A model generated the notes under the pieces. The model was not told where the DNA came from, did not search any database, and saw only the letters and a list, made by a program, of their open reading frames with translations. A DNA stretch of 42,236 bases from Macrostomum lignano (lineage: Eukaryota), in contig NIVC01004551.1 of NCBI GenBank assembly GCA_002269645.1, positions 1-42,236 on the forward strand, read 5' to 3'. Made by a program: the position numbers and the translations under genes. Positions 1 through 13,015 of this stretch are shown in pieces (position 1 is the stretch's first letter; the number at the start of each line of letters is the position of its first letter).

Positions 1-361
1 CATTCAGGAGGGACAAGAAAGTGAAGTGGCGAGTGTACATTCCGGAGGGATAGAGAGTGAGGTGGCGAGTGTACATTCAAAGGGATAGAGAGTGAAGTGG
101 CGAGTGTACATTCAGGAGGGATAGAGATGAGTGGCGAGTGTACATTCAGGAGGGATAGAGAGTGAGGTGGCGAGTGTACATTCAAGAGGGATAAGAGAGT
201 GAAGTGGCGAGTGTACATTCAGGAGGGATAGAGAGTGAGGTGGCGAGTGTACATTCAAGAGGGATAAGAGAGTGAAGTAGCGAGTGTACATTCAAGAGGG
301 ATAGAGAGTGAAGTGGCGAGTGTACATTCAAGAGGGATAGAGAGTGAAGTGGCGAGTGTAC
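1..361. repeat. ~36-bp minisatellite (ATAGAGAGTGAAGTGGCGAGTGTACATTCAAGAGGG), ~10 copies, continues off the left edge
   Basis: Period 36 read directly (e.g. 301 to 337); lies in the intron downstream of the minus-strand exon ending at 466. Confidence 0.95.
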
Positions 362-465
362 GTTCCGGAGAGGTAGGAAAGTAGTGGTTAGTGCATGTGT
401 ATATTCAAGACGAGTGTTGAGTATAAGTACCCCCATTTAGGAGTAAGCATAGAGCACCCACCTAC

Positions 466-960
466 CTGCAATCGCACCACCTCATCAGAAATTGATCTAC
501 CGGACGCTTCAGCTGCTCCCAGACGGGCCTCGAGGTCGCCGAATCGAATCGGACCTGAACTTGTCTGCTGCTGTTGCTCTGCATATCCGCCAATATCCGG
601 TAGAGCTGAGTACCTGTTGGGGAACTGTCGCGCACTGTTGCTGTGGGAGATTGAATTTAGTGCAATTGAGTTTAAGAGATCTTCGGGTTTCTTAACTACT
701 CAAGTACAAATTGTGGCTGCTATCACCATATTTGGCTAAGCATTCAATACTAATGTGCTATTAAAGTACAACAGTTGCCTCAGCCGTTATATTTGTTCGT
801 AGCTAATAAAAAGAACATGGCCCATAAAGTCTTGCGGTGCACCCTAAATAAATAAGTATGCAGCATAATTTGAACTAATATGAAGTGTACAAAGTTTAAA
901 ACCCTTTATGCGCATTGTGTGTAAAAATTCTCACCCGCCGAGGTCGACAGCTTGAGGTGC
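466..960 (-). CDS. 5' exons of an unidentified coiled-coil protein gene (exons 960-935 and 640-466), continuing beyond the window
   Basis: Minus-strand sites: ctactatcag|960, 935|gtgaga, ctcccacag|640, 466|gtaggt. Joined frame: APQAVDLGGNSARQFPNRYSALPDIGGYAEQQQQTSSGPIRFGDLEARLGAAEASGRSISDEVVRLQ, ending in a heptad-like segment. Start codon not fixed; candidate upstream donors at ATG|gtaaca (1479) and cag|gtaagg (3724). Confidence 0.45.
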
Positions 961-1364
961 CTGATAGTAGAATGTCATTTAGTATACTTAATAGAAACTA
1001 TATTATATAGTTACTACGAGCTATTGAGCCGGAGGACCGTTACATTCTGTCTTAGTCTTCCTCGTAGACTAGCGAAAAAATACCAAAGCATGAAAGGCAT
1101 GCGAGTTCCGCTTGTCGATTGTTTTGGAGTAGCGCTCTCGGCTCCGCAATGTCGTTATAGTTTATAAAAGAAGCGTTTACCCCAAAGGGGTTTTGGGGAT
1201 GGGCGATGGAAAGGAACAGTTGATGGGGAATCGGTGCGGAGACGAGAACTAACGATTGGGAAAGACTTGGAATGTAGCAAGCCTGCTGCACAACCGTTTT
1301 GCTCACAGAGCGGAGGGAGGAGAAGGGATGAAATGGCTGAAACATAAGAGCAGCTGGGGAGTCG

Positions 1365-1476
<112 letters not shown>

Positions 1477-2531
1477 ACCATAGCAACACCCCTAGCAATT
1501 GGGTTGGCTATTCTGAATCTGAGCTCTATTGTCACATTAGAATTGGATATATTCCTTCTATGCATCCATCCAAATGCCGGCAGGAAGACCTGAATTCAAT
1601 AATCAGGTGATAGGGAGTCTCAGGTGTATTTGCCGAGTCAATTGGATTAATTAATAGCCTATATGCGAGCAAAGCCATGCATGGGAAGGAAAAATCCAAC
1701 CAGCGTAGGATACACGCCCAGCTCGTATCTAACAGCGATATTTTTTTGCGCGATGAAATTTAAAGTAGCTAAACAAAATAAAGAAGCAAACATGGTTTCA
1801 CATCCCCAGTTATACTACTTCAATCAGATAATACTGGATATTTGAACATGCAGTATCCCCGTAATTCAAACTGCTACAATTTTATGGTTCTTTAGTGAAC
1901 ATCAAAATGCTGACCAATCACATTCTACATTCAATTTAGTCGTCCTTTCGGTCAAACCTTTGATTTGAGCTAAGTGTAGCTTTGACAATAATAGTAATTG
2001 TGCTATATTATAGGTCTAATATTGTCCATGAGCAGCGTCTCTATACATGCAGTGAAGTGCAAAAGACGTTCAGTAAAGTAGCATTGATCGAGACAGTAAA
2101 TACTAGCATACTTCCCAATCACCAAAAAGAAAACATTTAACATATAGCACACCATGCGAGATGAACAAGCTAGTGCTTTTCCGTGAGCAGCATAATTTTG
2201 CAACCAAGAGGGAGCTGTGAATTTGACTCGATGTGAGCAACACAAACCTGCGCTTGCTTGGCTCTTCCAAAGTTTGATGGTTGACAAAGTGTTCACTTGA
2301 CTTGCGCTCACTTTGCATATTTTTGCTGAAGAATGTCATATAGGTGTACTAGATTGAATTTTGCTAAACAAAATATTTTACAAGATGAACTACTAAGCAA
2401 AAAATCAAATTCAACATTTCTGTTTCACACTCACTGTTAGTTTTAATATAGGGGCCTACAAATATAAAGATTAATCAAATGAATTCAAATCAAATCATTA
2501 AAAATTAGAACAGGGCAAGTGAATTAAAACT

Positions 2532-2704
2532 CAGGGGCGGATCCGGAAAATTTTTGAAGGGTGGGGGTAATCTAAACCAAGCAATTACTACCCAACATTC
2601 GAAAAAAATGCCTTGGATAGTTACCAGCCAAAAAGTATGGCCCAATTTTTTGGCGACGGCTGAGGGGGCATGGCCCCCTTGACCACCCCCTGGATCATCT
2701 CCTG
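2532..2704. mobile_element. hAT-type MITE (173 bp)
   Basis: Termini CAGGGGCGGATCC / GGATCATCTCCTG (10/13 inverted match); 8-bp flanks TTAAAACT and GTAAAACT (7/8). CAG..CTG ends with an 8-bp TSD are typical of hAT elements. Confidence 0.7.
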
Positions 2705-4296
2705 GTAAAACTACTACTCAACAGCTCTAACAAAATTGTAAAACAAGCTTAACAGATCAGCTCAACCTTTGAAGAAATGAAAAATTTTGAAAAGCTATAA
2801 TAAAAATTAACATTGATGGTATCAAGGACGACTTAAGACTAAGCAGAAGGACAGGAAACGTCGCTTTTTAAGCATCATTCGTTACAAAATCAATGGAGCA
2901 ATCAAACAGGAGTGTTATGCTTGAACATTCGATCTGCCTCCAAGATAAAACTATTTCTATTTTAGCGCCGAAAATAAAAAGTTATGGCAAACTTATTAAC
3001 GTAAGTTCCTGTTACCGCCGCGTGTTTTTTTAAGAAACGAAGTTTCAGGTCCGTTAAGTCATCCATTCATCCTTAAATGACATACGAGTATACAGAGAAC
3101 GGATCATTCCTAGCCCTCAATCAAGGAAACCTACTTTAAATTCAGAAAAGGAATAACACTAATAAAAGCTTCTTAAACATTAGAAGTATCTGAGTGGATG
3201 CAAACGCAATAAAATAAAGCTGAAGCTGTACTCGTACTCGCACAGAGAAAGAAGCACATCATTAATCTAGGAAAAATGGACCCCTTATCAATAGAGAAAA
3301 AGGTTGCTTACTTCTTGTGGGCTTCGTTTTTAACTTATAAACGAATATAAAAGCCAAGCATAGGTAAAAGACTAGTCTCAATCCCAGACAGAGTCCGCCA
3401 GTCTGGCATCAGAAATTTAAAATATTCAATGTTGCACCAGTTGAAATGTTAGTTTGTTTTCCATAGATAAAAATAGTTTCATTTTTAGCTCAATTTTACG
3501 TAAAAATATAAAAACTTTAAGTACTTTTGGGTTCAAAAAAACACTTTGCAGATAATTTTCAAGAATTAAATAAACACACATCGTTAAGCCGCTTCGTTTC
3601 GTAGAAAGATTCTAAACTAAATTCCAATTTTCGAATTTGTTACTCCACGCGGCCGCGACGCTGGTCAACAACAACAACATCTTTTTTTACGTGGCACATG
3701 CAATGCCTGCAAGCTTGCCTTACCTGCCCAGTTTTTGTGTACAGTGCTGAAACGCGGACGAAATGACATCGTCACATAATAGTTTCATATTGCTCATATT
3801 CATATTCATATTATTGATTTTTAAAATAAAGATTTTTTTAGAATGTCACCATACATATCACCTATACAAACGACTGAACACTACACCTATCTCAATGCTA
3901 GCATGGAAGCATTTAATTAGGATAATCTTTTTCATTACTACAAGTATCAATTATAATTTATAAGTAGCCTATGACAATAGGCCTATTATTGCCTCAATGG
4001 AGATAATGTATCTAGAATGCACACAGCACAGTGTTGGGCACATTCTATTATTATTAAGAAATGGCCCATTGATCTGTAGGCCTAGTATTAGTGTTAGCAG
4101 GCCTAATGGAATTTTCTCAGGGTAATAGAATAATAAGAGTTTTGTATTACTTTTCCTCACTTCTATAACCTTCTATATTTTTTCATAATGATTTTTTTGT
4201 AGAATTTCTCACTATATTTTGTACATTTTCTACCATTATCTAAAATCATTATTGTCATTAAGACTAGGCCTATATTATAGTTAATTAGGATTAGAT

Positions 4297-4934
4297 GGTG
4301 ATTCCGATTGGTCATTTCGTCAAAAACCTTTTTATTTTGTCAAAAGCCTTTTTATCAAATAGTCATTTGGTCAGTTCGTCAAAGTGTGTGCATAGTTTCA
4401 AAAGTAAATTGAAGTTACTCTAGATTAGTTGCATGTATACTCAATAGGTCAGCATTAAAAAAGAAGTATATTGCTTATTTATAATAACGTTTCTAAGAAA
4501 AGGCACAAATCGTAGTAGTTAGCTAATCAGATTACTCATAATTGCATAATAAAATATAAAAACCATGCAATTGTACCATTCTTGATACTAATATTAATGA
4601 AATAATATAATAAGAGCATAATTTCACTAAGTAAAATACTGTGTCTATCACAAAGCTAAGAATCAAGATGTAAAGGGAAAAATTAAAAGTTAGGGTTAGG
4701 GTTATCCTTTTTCATGTTTCATTCTTAGAAACCCTTCACTTAAACAAAAGGTAGTGTCGTCCTTTTGATATAGATTTATCTTGACATTAAATTATTTATT
4801 TAAAAAACTAATTAAATTATTTAAAAATTAATTACAGTGGGCTCTATTTTATCTACTGTTTGACAAAATGACCAATTTACTATTTGACAAAAAAGCTTTT
4901 GATGAAATGGTATTTTACAAAAGGACCTGGAACC
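4297..4934. mobile_element. Non-autonomous TIR DNA element with long imperfect inverted ends
   Basis: 4335-4383 matches the reverse complement of 4859-4907 at 41/49; ends GGTGATTCC / GGAACC; ATTAGAT on both flanks (4290-4296, 4936-4942). Superfamily not determined. Confidence 0.65.
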
Positions 4935-7900
4935 AATTAGATAAGCTAGGTCTATTCCAATTCTATATATTCCAAAAGACATTATTCATGCCAGAATCTA
5001 GCATGCATTTTGGCTTGGCAAGCATTTAATCCATAGTGCAGAAGGATGTCCATGTATGATAGAATATAAATTAAAATTTTGGCTTGTTGCACAATAGTAC
5101 AACAGGGATTGAAAAATGGTACTACTGCTGTATGATAAGATTCGATAGGAATGAATGCAAACATAAATATAAATATATTCTAATTTTCTAGAAAGTGCTA
5201 AGTAAAACAACAATTGTTTTTATTTACTGACTACACACAATGCATATCAGTTAGAAAAATAAAACAAAAATAACAGTTTTCTTATGTATGAATTTTGTTT
5301 TTGATTTTTTTGCTAGCAATAGTGCCATGGTGAATAAGTTTTAATAATAAGGTGGAGTTGGCTACAATTAGGGTTTTGTTGTTGTTCAATGAGGATAGGA
5401 AGCATTTTTGCCCATGGATCAGTCCTTGCAACAGGGCTCTGCCACTGGATCTATAGGGGGGCCATTCTACTAGGAGTCAAAGCCTGAGTTCCCCATAATT
5501 GAGACTAGGACTCCAGGCCTAATAGAACTATTGAATGCTATGCTACTTACTAACCTAAGCCTATAGACTAAGACACCACCAACCCACAATGGAATCAGGG
5601 ACAGTGCTAGGACAGAGTCCACCCAAGCTACCACCAACAACCAAACCCAAGTGTGTGTGCAAAAAAACTTAGAGTCTTTAGAAAGCAATCTGAGAGTGGG
5701 AAACCACAAATTCTACAGAAAAGGCTTTAAATTGGAGCAAGCCTGGAAGCTTATTGCGATGGGCAAGTCTCTTATCAGGTAGGCCAGGATGCAATCCTCC
5801 TATAGGGCTGCAAGCCTCAAGGCTTTTTTGCTATCCAGCTCTAATAAGGCCACGCCAAAGAGTTAGGGAAGGGGCACAAGGATCAAAAGGAACCTGGACT
5901 CAGCTAGTATTCCCTGATTCAGGACAAACATCTATCCTAGGACTCTAATCTACTGTCAGTGATGAGAGCCGAGACACAAAAGCAGGAAGACAACCAGAGG
6001 AGCCAGCAGATGGACCAAGGGAGCAGATGAAAACACTGAGGCAAGATCAATAAACTCCAAATAATTGGGTGGCTCAAGTGCCAAGATAAAACCAAGGGAT
6101 AAAAGCATGAGGAGATAACATGGTGGAGGATCACACAACCTCAGAGGCTCAGCCTTAGGGCTGGCATCAACTGGGCTCTACTGTACACTTTTGTGAATGG
6201 TCATCTTTCCTGCAGGGCAGGTGCAACCAAAAGGCTCAAGTCCTAATCTAGCCATACTGCAGTCCAGAATTCTAATTCACTCTAGGTACACCCCCTGAAC
6301 CAGGGCCAAGGGCCAAAATAATTGGAAAGAAAGTAGGGTTATTTTTAGATATGTTCATTGCCACTGGCAAGGACACTTAGTGATTGGGCTATTAAGAAAT
6401 AGGCCAATTGGATTGTGCATAACCCAAGAAATGCTAGGCAACCAAGGTAAAAATAGCCAGAGACTGCAATTGGGGTTTTAATGACAAGTCATTATTGTGA
6501 CATGTTTTGATAGCAAATAGACATTTTGATGATTACAAGTTAATTTTTTGACACATTTTTCTTAGCACAAAAAAATTCAATAAGTGGTCATTCTAGTTAT
6601 CAAAGGCATTCATATTATTAGTTTATAAGTTATTTTCTTAATAATATCTATGACAGAAATGTTAACAAAATTAATGTAATTTTGGGTAAATAGCAGGCAT
6701 ACAGTGACTGTATTATTTTGGTTAAATGCCTTGTCATGTAATTAATACAAGTGTTATTATTATTATTTTAAATTAGTATTTATAGCCTTTATATTATTAA
6801 ATACCTCTACTTATTGCATTGTTTAGGCCCTTATAAATTTTATAGTAAAATATGTTTAATATATTATAATAATTATATAGTCTAATGATAGCCTATTATT
6901 AAGTTACTTGATTCAAGCTCAGATAAAAAATCTAGGCTCATTTGGATTCTACTGTATGTTGAAAAAAATGTTTTGATGTGGCTTGGTTCATCTGTAAGTA
7001 TTTAATATATCTAGTTTTTTCTGAAAGATCCCAGTTACTAGGCTAGTATACATCTATAGGTTTTTGAAAAGTATTATAATAGGACCTAGTGTGCATATAT
7101 TATAATTAGTTTGCTAACAATGGCAGTTGCTTTGATAGCAAGCAAGACAAATTTTTGATAATATGACTAGACCCTTTGCTTTTAGTGCTGGTCATTTTGG
7201 TAGCAAGTAGATTTTGGCTTGGTCTAGTTGTAATTATTATTTAGTATTGGCACTTAAGCCTAAGTAGTTTTTAGTAGGTATACTAGTGATTTTTTATTTA
7301 ATTTTGTATATTTACTTCTTAAGTCAAAGGGTGCCAATCTTTCATATATGCTATATATTTTTGTACTATTTCTATAATGCAAATCTTTTAGAAGAGTTCT
7401 AAGACAAAATCAAACTACTTTGCAAAAATATGGTATTAATATGTCTATTGATTTTTTTCTAAATATATCAATTTATTTACTGAACTTGAAATAAATACTA
7501 CAGATATGATTTCATACATAAAATAGCACTTCTTTATGGATTTATACTCTAGCAAACAATGTCAACTTTTCCTATATAGGATATAGGAAAAGTTGACAAT
7601 CTGTATGCAGCATTTGGTGTGCTTATAGAGTTAATAAAGCATTGTGCTGCTGCTAGTCAGCTATTATACCAAACTCAATTATGCACCAAGACATAGGCTG
7701 GCAAGTGGTAAAGCTCAAATGATTTGCATTCAAATTGAAATTACAAGTATACTTACATACAAAAGTATACTTAAGTAAAAAGTATACTTAAGTACTTTTA
7801 TATATTTTGCTAAACTTTATTTTTTGCTGAAATTTTAATTTTCATCCTAAACTAAAGATGATCTTTTCATCTTTGCAGAAAAATCTGTCATTCTACTAAC

Positions 7901-8685
7901 AGTAGTTAAGTTCTCGTGCACTACGCGGTGCAGTCCTGGCTGATTCTCTGGTATCCCAATGGTAGTGAATTACTCCTACTTCGATACATATCGACCCAAG
8001 AATTTCCATCTCATTACCTATCTCCTGACTGTCATACTCAGCATTCGTTTGGTGCTTATATAATATTAATAGCCTGCTTGATAGATGCCGATTTTTTTAC
8101 TTGAATAATCCCATGATATTCTGTTAATCCAGCTTGGGTTTGGCAGTAGCAAATGAAGCATGCATTAGTCCATCATATATCTACCCAGTTCAGATTGAGA
8201 ATGAAGTTTTAAGCTACTTTGCATTTAATCTTAATCCTATATATGACGTATTACGCACGATTCATCTCTTTTCTGTATACTGAAGATCATTGAATTGAAC
8301 ATTATATTTGCACGTCTGCTAAGCCTTCTAAGCAATGGAATATGTTAGGCATACAATAGCCTATAGGGATTGCCCAAGAGAGCAATACATTATTCAATAT
8401 AGCTCAAGAGGTGGTGAGATTTTAAGCTTGCTTCTTGTATTGATTTGATCACTACTGTCTGGGGGATATCTAGGCCCAATTTTCGGAATCTTCTCCATAT
8501 TTCATGCACTTTCTCGTGTAGCATTATGTATGCATTTCCATCAGACTGGGTGTCTGCCTGCAGCGTCACTTGACCTCTGGTTGGCTGGTGCTTCAGCTGA
8601 AAATAGCATGGAAATTTGATGTACTTATGTTTCATATTTCAGTTGGAGATAGGTTTACATTGTTGAAATTCTCTCTGAGAAATCT

Positions 8686-11591
8686 GTGGGTTAGCAGTAG
8701 CCGTTCTACCTGAAGGATTAGTGGGTTAGCAGTAGCCATTCTCCCTGAAGGATCGGTGGGTTAGCAGTAGCCATTCTACCTGAAGGATTGGTAGGTTAGC
8801 AGTAGCCATTCTACCTGAAGGATTGGTGGGTTAGCAGTAGCCATTCTACCTGAAGGATTAGTGGGTTAGCAGTAGCCATTCTACCTGAAGGATTGGTGGG
8901 TTAGCAGTAGCCATTCTACCTGAAGGATTAGTGGGTTAGCAGTAGCCATTCTCCCTGAAGGATCGGTGGGTTAGCAGTAGCCATTCTACCTGAAGGATTG
9001 GTAGGTTAGCAGTAGCCATTCTACCTGAAGAATTGGTGGGTTAGCAGTAGCCATTCTACCTGAAGGATTGGTAGGTTAGCAGTAGCCATTCTACCTGAAG
9101 TATTGGTAGGTTAGCAGTAGCCATTCTACCTGAAGAATTGGTGGGTTAGCAGTAGCCATTCTACCTGAAGGATTGGTGGGTTAGCAGTAGCCATTCTACC
9201 TGAAGGATTGGTGGGTTAGCAGTAGCCATTCTACCTGAAGGATTGGTGGGTTAGCAGTAGCCATTCTACCTGATGGATTGGTGGGTTAGCAGTAGCCATT
9301 CTACCTGAAGGATTGGTAGGTTAGCAGTAGCCATTCTACCTGAAGAATTGGTGGGTTAGCAGTAGCCATTCTACCTGAAGGATTGGTAGGTTAGCAGTAG
9401 CCATTCTACCTGAAGTATTGGTAGGTTAGCAGTAGCCATTCTACCTGAAGAATTGGTGGGTTAGCAGTAGCCATTCTACCTGAAGGATTGGTGGGTTAGC
9501 AGTAGCCATTCTACCTGAAGGATTGGTGGGTTAGCAGTAGCCATTCTACCTGAAGGATTGGTGGGTTAGCAGTAGCCATTCTACCTGATGGATTGGTGGG
9601 TTAGCAGTAGCCATTCTACCTGAAGGATTGGTGGGTTAGCAGTAGCCATTCTACCTGAAGGATTGGTGGGTTAGCAGTAGCCGTTTTACTTGAAGGATTT
9701 GTGGGTTAGCAGTAGCCGTTCTACCTGAAGGATTGGTGGGTTAGCAGTAGCCATTCTACCTGAAGGATTGGTGGGTTAGCAGTAGCCATTCTACCTGAAG
9801 GATTGGTAGGTTAGCAGTAGCCATTCTACCTGAAGAATTGGTGGGTTAGCAGTAGCCATTCTACCTGAAGGATTGGTGGGTTAGCAGTAGCCATTCTACC
9901 TGAAGGATTGGTGGGTTAGCAGTAGCCATTCTACCTGAAGGATTGGTGGGTTAGCAGTAGCCATTCTACCTGAAGGATTAGTGGGTTAGCAGTAGCCATT
10001 CTACCTGAAGGATTGGTGGGTTAGCAGTAGCCGTTCTACTTGAAGGATTTGTGGGTTAGCAGTAGCCGTTCTACCTGAAGGATTGGTGGGTTAGCAGTAG
10101 CCATTCTACCTGAAGGATTGGTGGGTTAGCAGTAGCCATTCTACCTGAAGAATTGGTGGGTTAGCAGTAGCCATTCTACCTGAAGGATTGGTGGGTTAGC
10201 AGTAGCCATTCTACCTGAAGGATTGGTGGGTTAGCAGTAGCCATTCTACCTGAAGGATTAGTGGGTTAGCAGTAGCCATTCTACCTGAAGGATTGGTGGG
10301 TTAGCAGTAGCCGTTCTACTTGAATGATTTGTGGGTTAGCAGTAGCCGTTCTACCTGAAGGATTGGTGGGTTAGCAGTAGCCATTCTACCTGAAGGATTG
10401 GTGGGTTAGCAGTAGCCATTCTACCTGAAGAATTGGTGGGTTAGCAGTAGCCATTCTACCTGAAGGATTGGTGGGTTAGCAGTAGCCATTCTACCTGAAG
10501 GATTGGTGGGTTAGCAGTAGCCATTCTACCTGAAGGATTGGTGGGTTAGCAGTAGCCATTCTACCTGAAGGATTGGTGGGTTAGCAGTAGCCATTCTACC
10601 TGAAGGATTGGTGGGTTAGCAGTAGCCGTTCTACCTGAAGGATTGGTGGGTTAGCAGTAGCCGTTCTCCCTGAAGGATTGGTGGGTTAGCAGTAGCAATT
10701 CTACCTGAAGGATTGGTGGGTTAGCAGTAGCCATTCTACCTGAAGGATTGGTGGGTTAGCAGTAGCCATTCTACCTGAATGATTGGTGGGTTAGCAGTAG
10801 CCATTCTACCTGAAGGATTGGTGGGTTAGCAGTAGCCGTTCTACCTGAAGGATTGGTGGGTTAGCAGTAGCCGTTCTACTTGAAGGATTTGTGGGTTAGC
10901 AGTAGCCGTTCTACCTGAAGGATTGGTGGGTTAGCAGTAGCCATTCTACCTGAAGGATTGGTGGGTTAGCAGTAGCCATTCTACCTGAAGGATTGGTAGG
11001 TTAGCAGTAGCCATTCTACCTGAAGAATTGGTGGGTTAGCAGTAGCCATTCTACCTGAAGGATTGGTGGGTTAGCAGTAGCCATTCTACCTGAAGGATTG
11101 GTGGGTTAGCAGTAGCCATTCTACCTGAAGGATTGGTGGGTTAGCAGTAGCCATTCTACCTGAAGGATTGGTGGGTTAGCAGTAGCCGTTCTACCTGAAG
11201 GATTTGTGGGTTAGCAGTAGCCGTTCTACCTGAAGGATTGGTGGGTTAGCAGTAGCCATTCTACCTGAAGGATTGGTGGGTTAGCAGTAGCCATTCTACC
11301 TGAAGAATTGGTGGGTTAGCAGTAGCCATTCTACCTGAAGGATTAGTGGGTTAGCAGTAGCCATTCTACCTGAAGGATTGGTGGGTTAGCAGTAGCCATT
11401 CTACCTGAAGGATTGGTGGGTTAGCAGTAGCCATTCTACCTGAAGGATTGGTGGGTTAGCAGTAGCCATTCTACCTGAAGGATTAGTGGGTTAGCAGTAG
11501 CCGTTCTACCTGAAGGATTGGTGGGTTAGCAGTAGCCGTTCTACTTGAAGGATTGGTGGGTTAGCAGTAGCCGTTCTACCTGAAGGATTGG
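8686..11591. repeat. 35-bp minisatellite (GTGGGTTAGCAGTAGCCATTCTACCTGAAGGATTG), ~83 copies
   Basis: Period 35 read directly; highly homogeneous with a few recurrent variants; no spacers. Confidence 0.98.
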
Positions 11592-12930
11592 TTGGTCAGC
11601 ACTTGCGAAATAGCTCGTATTTTATTCTCTTGCGCTTCAATAGTGCTACTTCTAAATCTTTAAGTTGACAAAAGCAGTCCGCGTGCCCAGATTATAAAAA
11701 GACAATCATATTGCTGTTTTTCTTGGCACAATCGGGTCGGGTTGTATTTACGAGCTATAGCTTGATTCCTTCGCCTAATCTGATTTACTACCGGAACAGA
11801 CTGTAGATTCCCTAATAAAATGATTTGGATTTTACAAGCTACAATACAAGTTCACTACCGGTAATCTTATTGCACCATGGAGAAGTCGTGACAGTTCGAT
11901 CAAAACTTGAAAAAACTGGCAAAGTACATGTGAAATAAATTAATGTTTTTAAACGTCAATGAATGTTCACAAGTGGGTTCAGTTCAGTTAAAATGCTTCA
12001 GGGACTCGTTTATTGACCAATCGTTGGCGCTTGCACAGTCTGAGGATTTGGGAGGGTGACGGGAAGTATTAGCGTATGTGACCTCGAGGTCGCTTCTCTC
12101 TACTTAGACCTTCTGGTGATTAGAAGGCACGGGTAGCAGCAGAAAGAGGGAGGGTGGGGGTAATTTATTGTCCACTCGTCTCATCCTTTTAGTTTTGCCG
12201 CCTCTTTTGATTTTCGGCCTTTGTGACCTGGCCCAGCCCGCCGGCAAAAGAGGTTATAACCAGTGCATGGCGATTGCTAATTGACGCTGTTGTGTAGGCG
12301 ACTTGTATTGCAGCGTTGCAGCGTAGCCCCTAGCCCCCCCCACCTCTGTAGTAAGGGAATAGGGACAATGTATGAGACGCAGGGCAAAGGATTACAGTAG
12401 AGAAATTCTGTAAGCTCTCTCTCTGCGTCTTGCGTCGTCATTGGCTGGCTGCTTTATTGTTGGTTTTTAATACGACATACGCAACTGACTCTTCTTGGCT
12501 CCCTTGGCCTCTCGCTATACGCGTCTATTGCAGTGCAGTGCAAATCCCCAATACAGGCTGGCTAGCTACAGCAGCCCTCCTCTGTCTCCCTTCCTGTCGT
12601 AGGCCAATCCGCTTTGCTTGGCTTCCTCCCTATCCCACCCCACCCTACTTGCGGTGGAGGGGAGGGGGTTATTCCAGGGCGGACTACTTGTGCGCAGGAG
12701 CGTCCGTCACCTTGTCGCTAGGCAAATATAGCCAAAGATATATCTGCTTATATATACCGTGTACCACCGCATAGATCTTTCTGTGTTGTTTCGCCTCTTT
12801 GCCAGCTTGTCTGTAATAAAAAATAGGGAATTAAAAAATATTCTTTATTTCCCTGTTCATCAATTCATTAATAATATTTTACTCGGTAATCTGGCCAACA
12901 TTTAGTATTATTTTATTATCATTTTTACAG

Positions 12931-13015
12931 CCTGGGGTCCAATGCGAGGCTGACTTTCCTGTACGGCGGAAATGCCACCAGCTAACACGCCCGCCACTTG
13001 ACAAGGTTTAGTACT
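12931..13015 (+). promoter_or_regulatory. DAGL 5' UTR segment with two short uORFs
   Basis: Acceptor atttttacag|12931, candidate upstream donor tct|gtaagc at 12410; uORFs ATG 12942-12953 (MRG*) and 12972-13001 (MPPANTPAT*). Confidence 0.4.

Noticed and set aside
4689-4703. Telomere or chromosome-fusion relic
   Set aside because: Only 2.5 TTAGGG units, located inside a TIR element.
7880-8640. Possible pseudogene exons with acceptors on both strands
   Set aside because: All frames contain stops and no recognisable motif; needs a database search.
8686-11591. CRISPR-like appearance of the 29-35-bp arrays
   Set aside because: Units are head-to-tail with no unique spacers, there are no cas genes, and the context is eukaryotic.
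12288-12900. Solo LTR (TGTTG...AATAAA...CAACA)
   Set aside because: No target-site duplication; region fits better as the DAGL promoter and 5' UTR.
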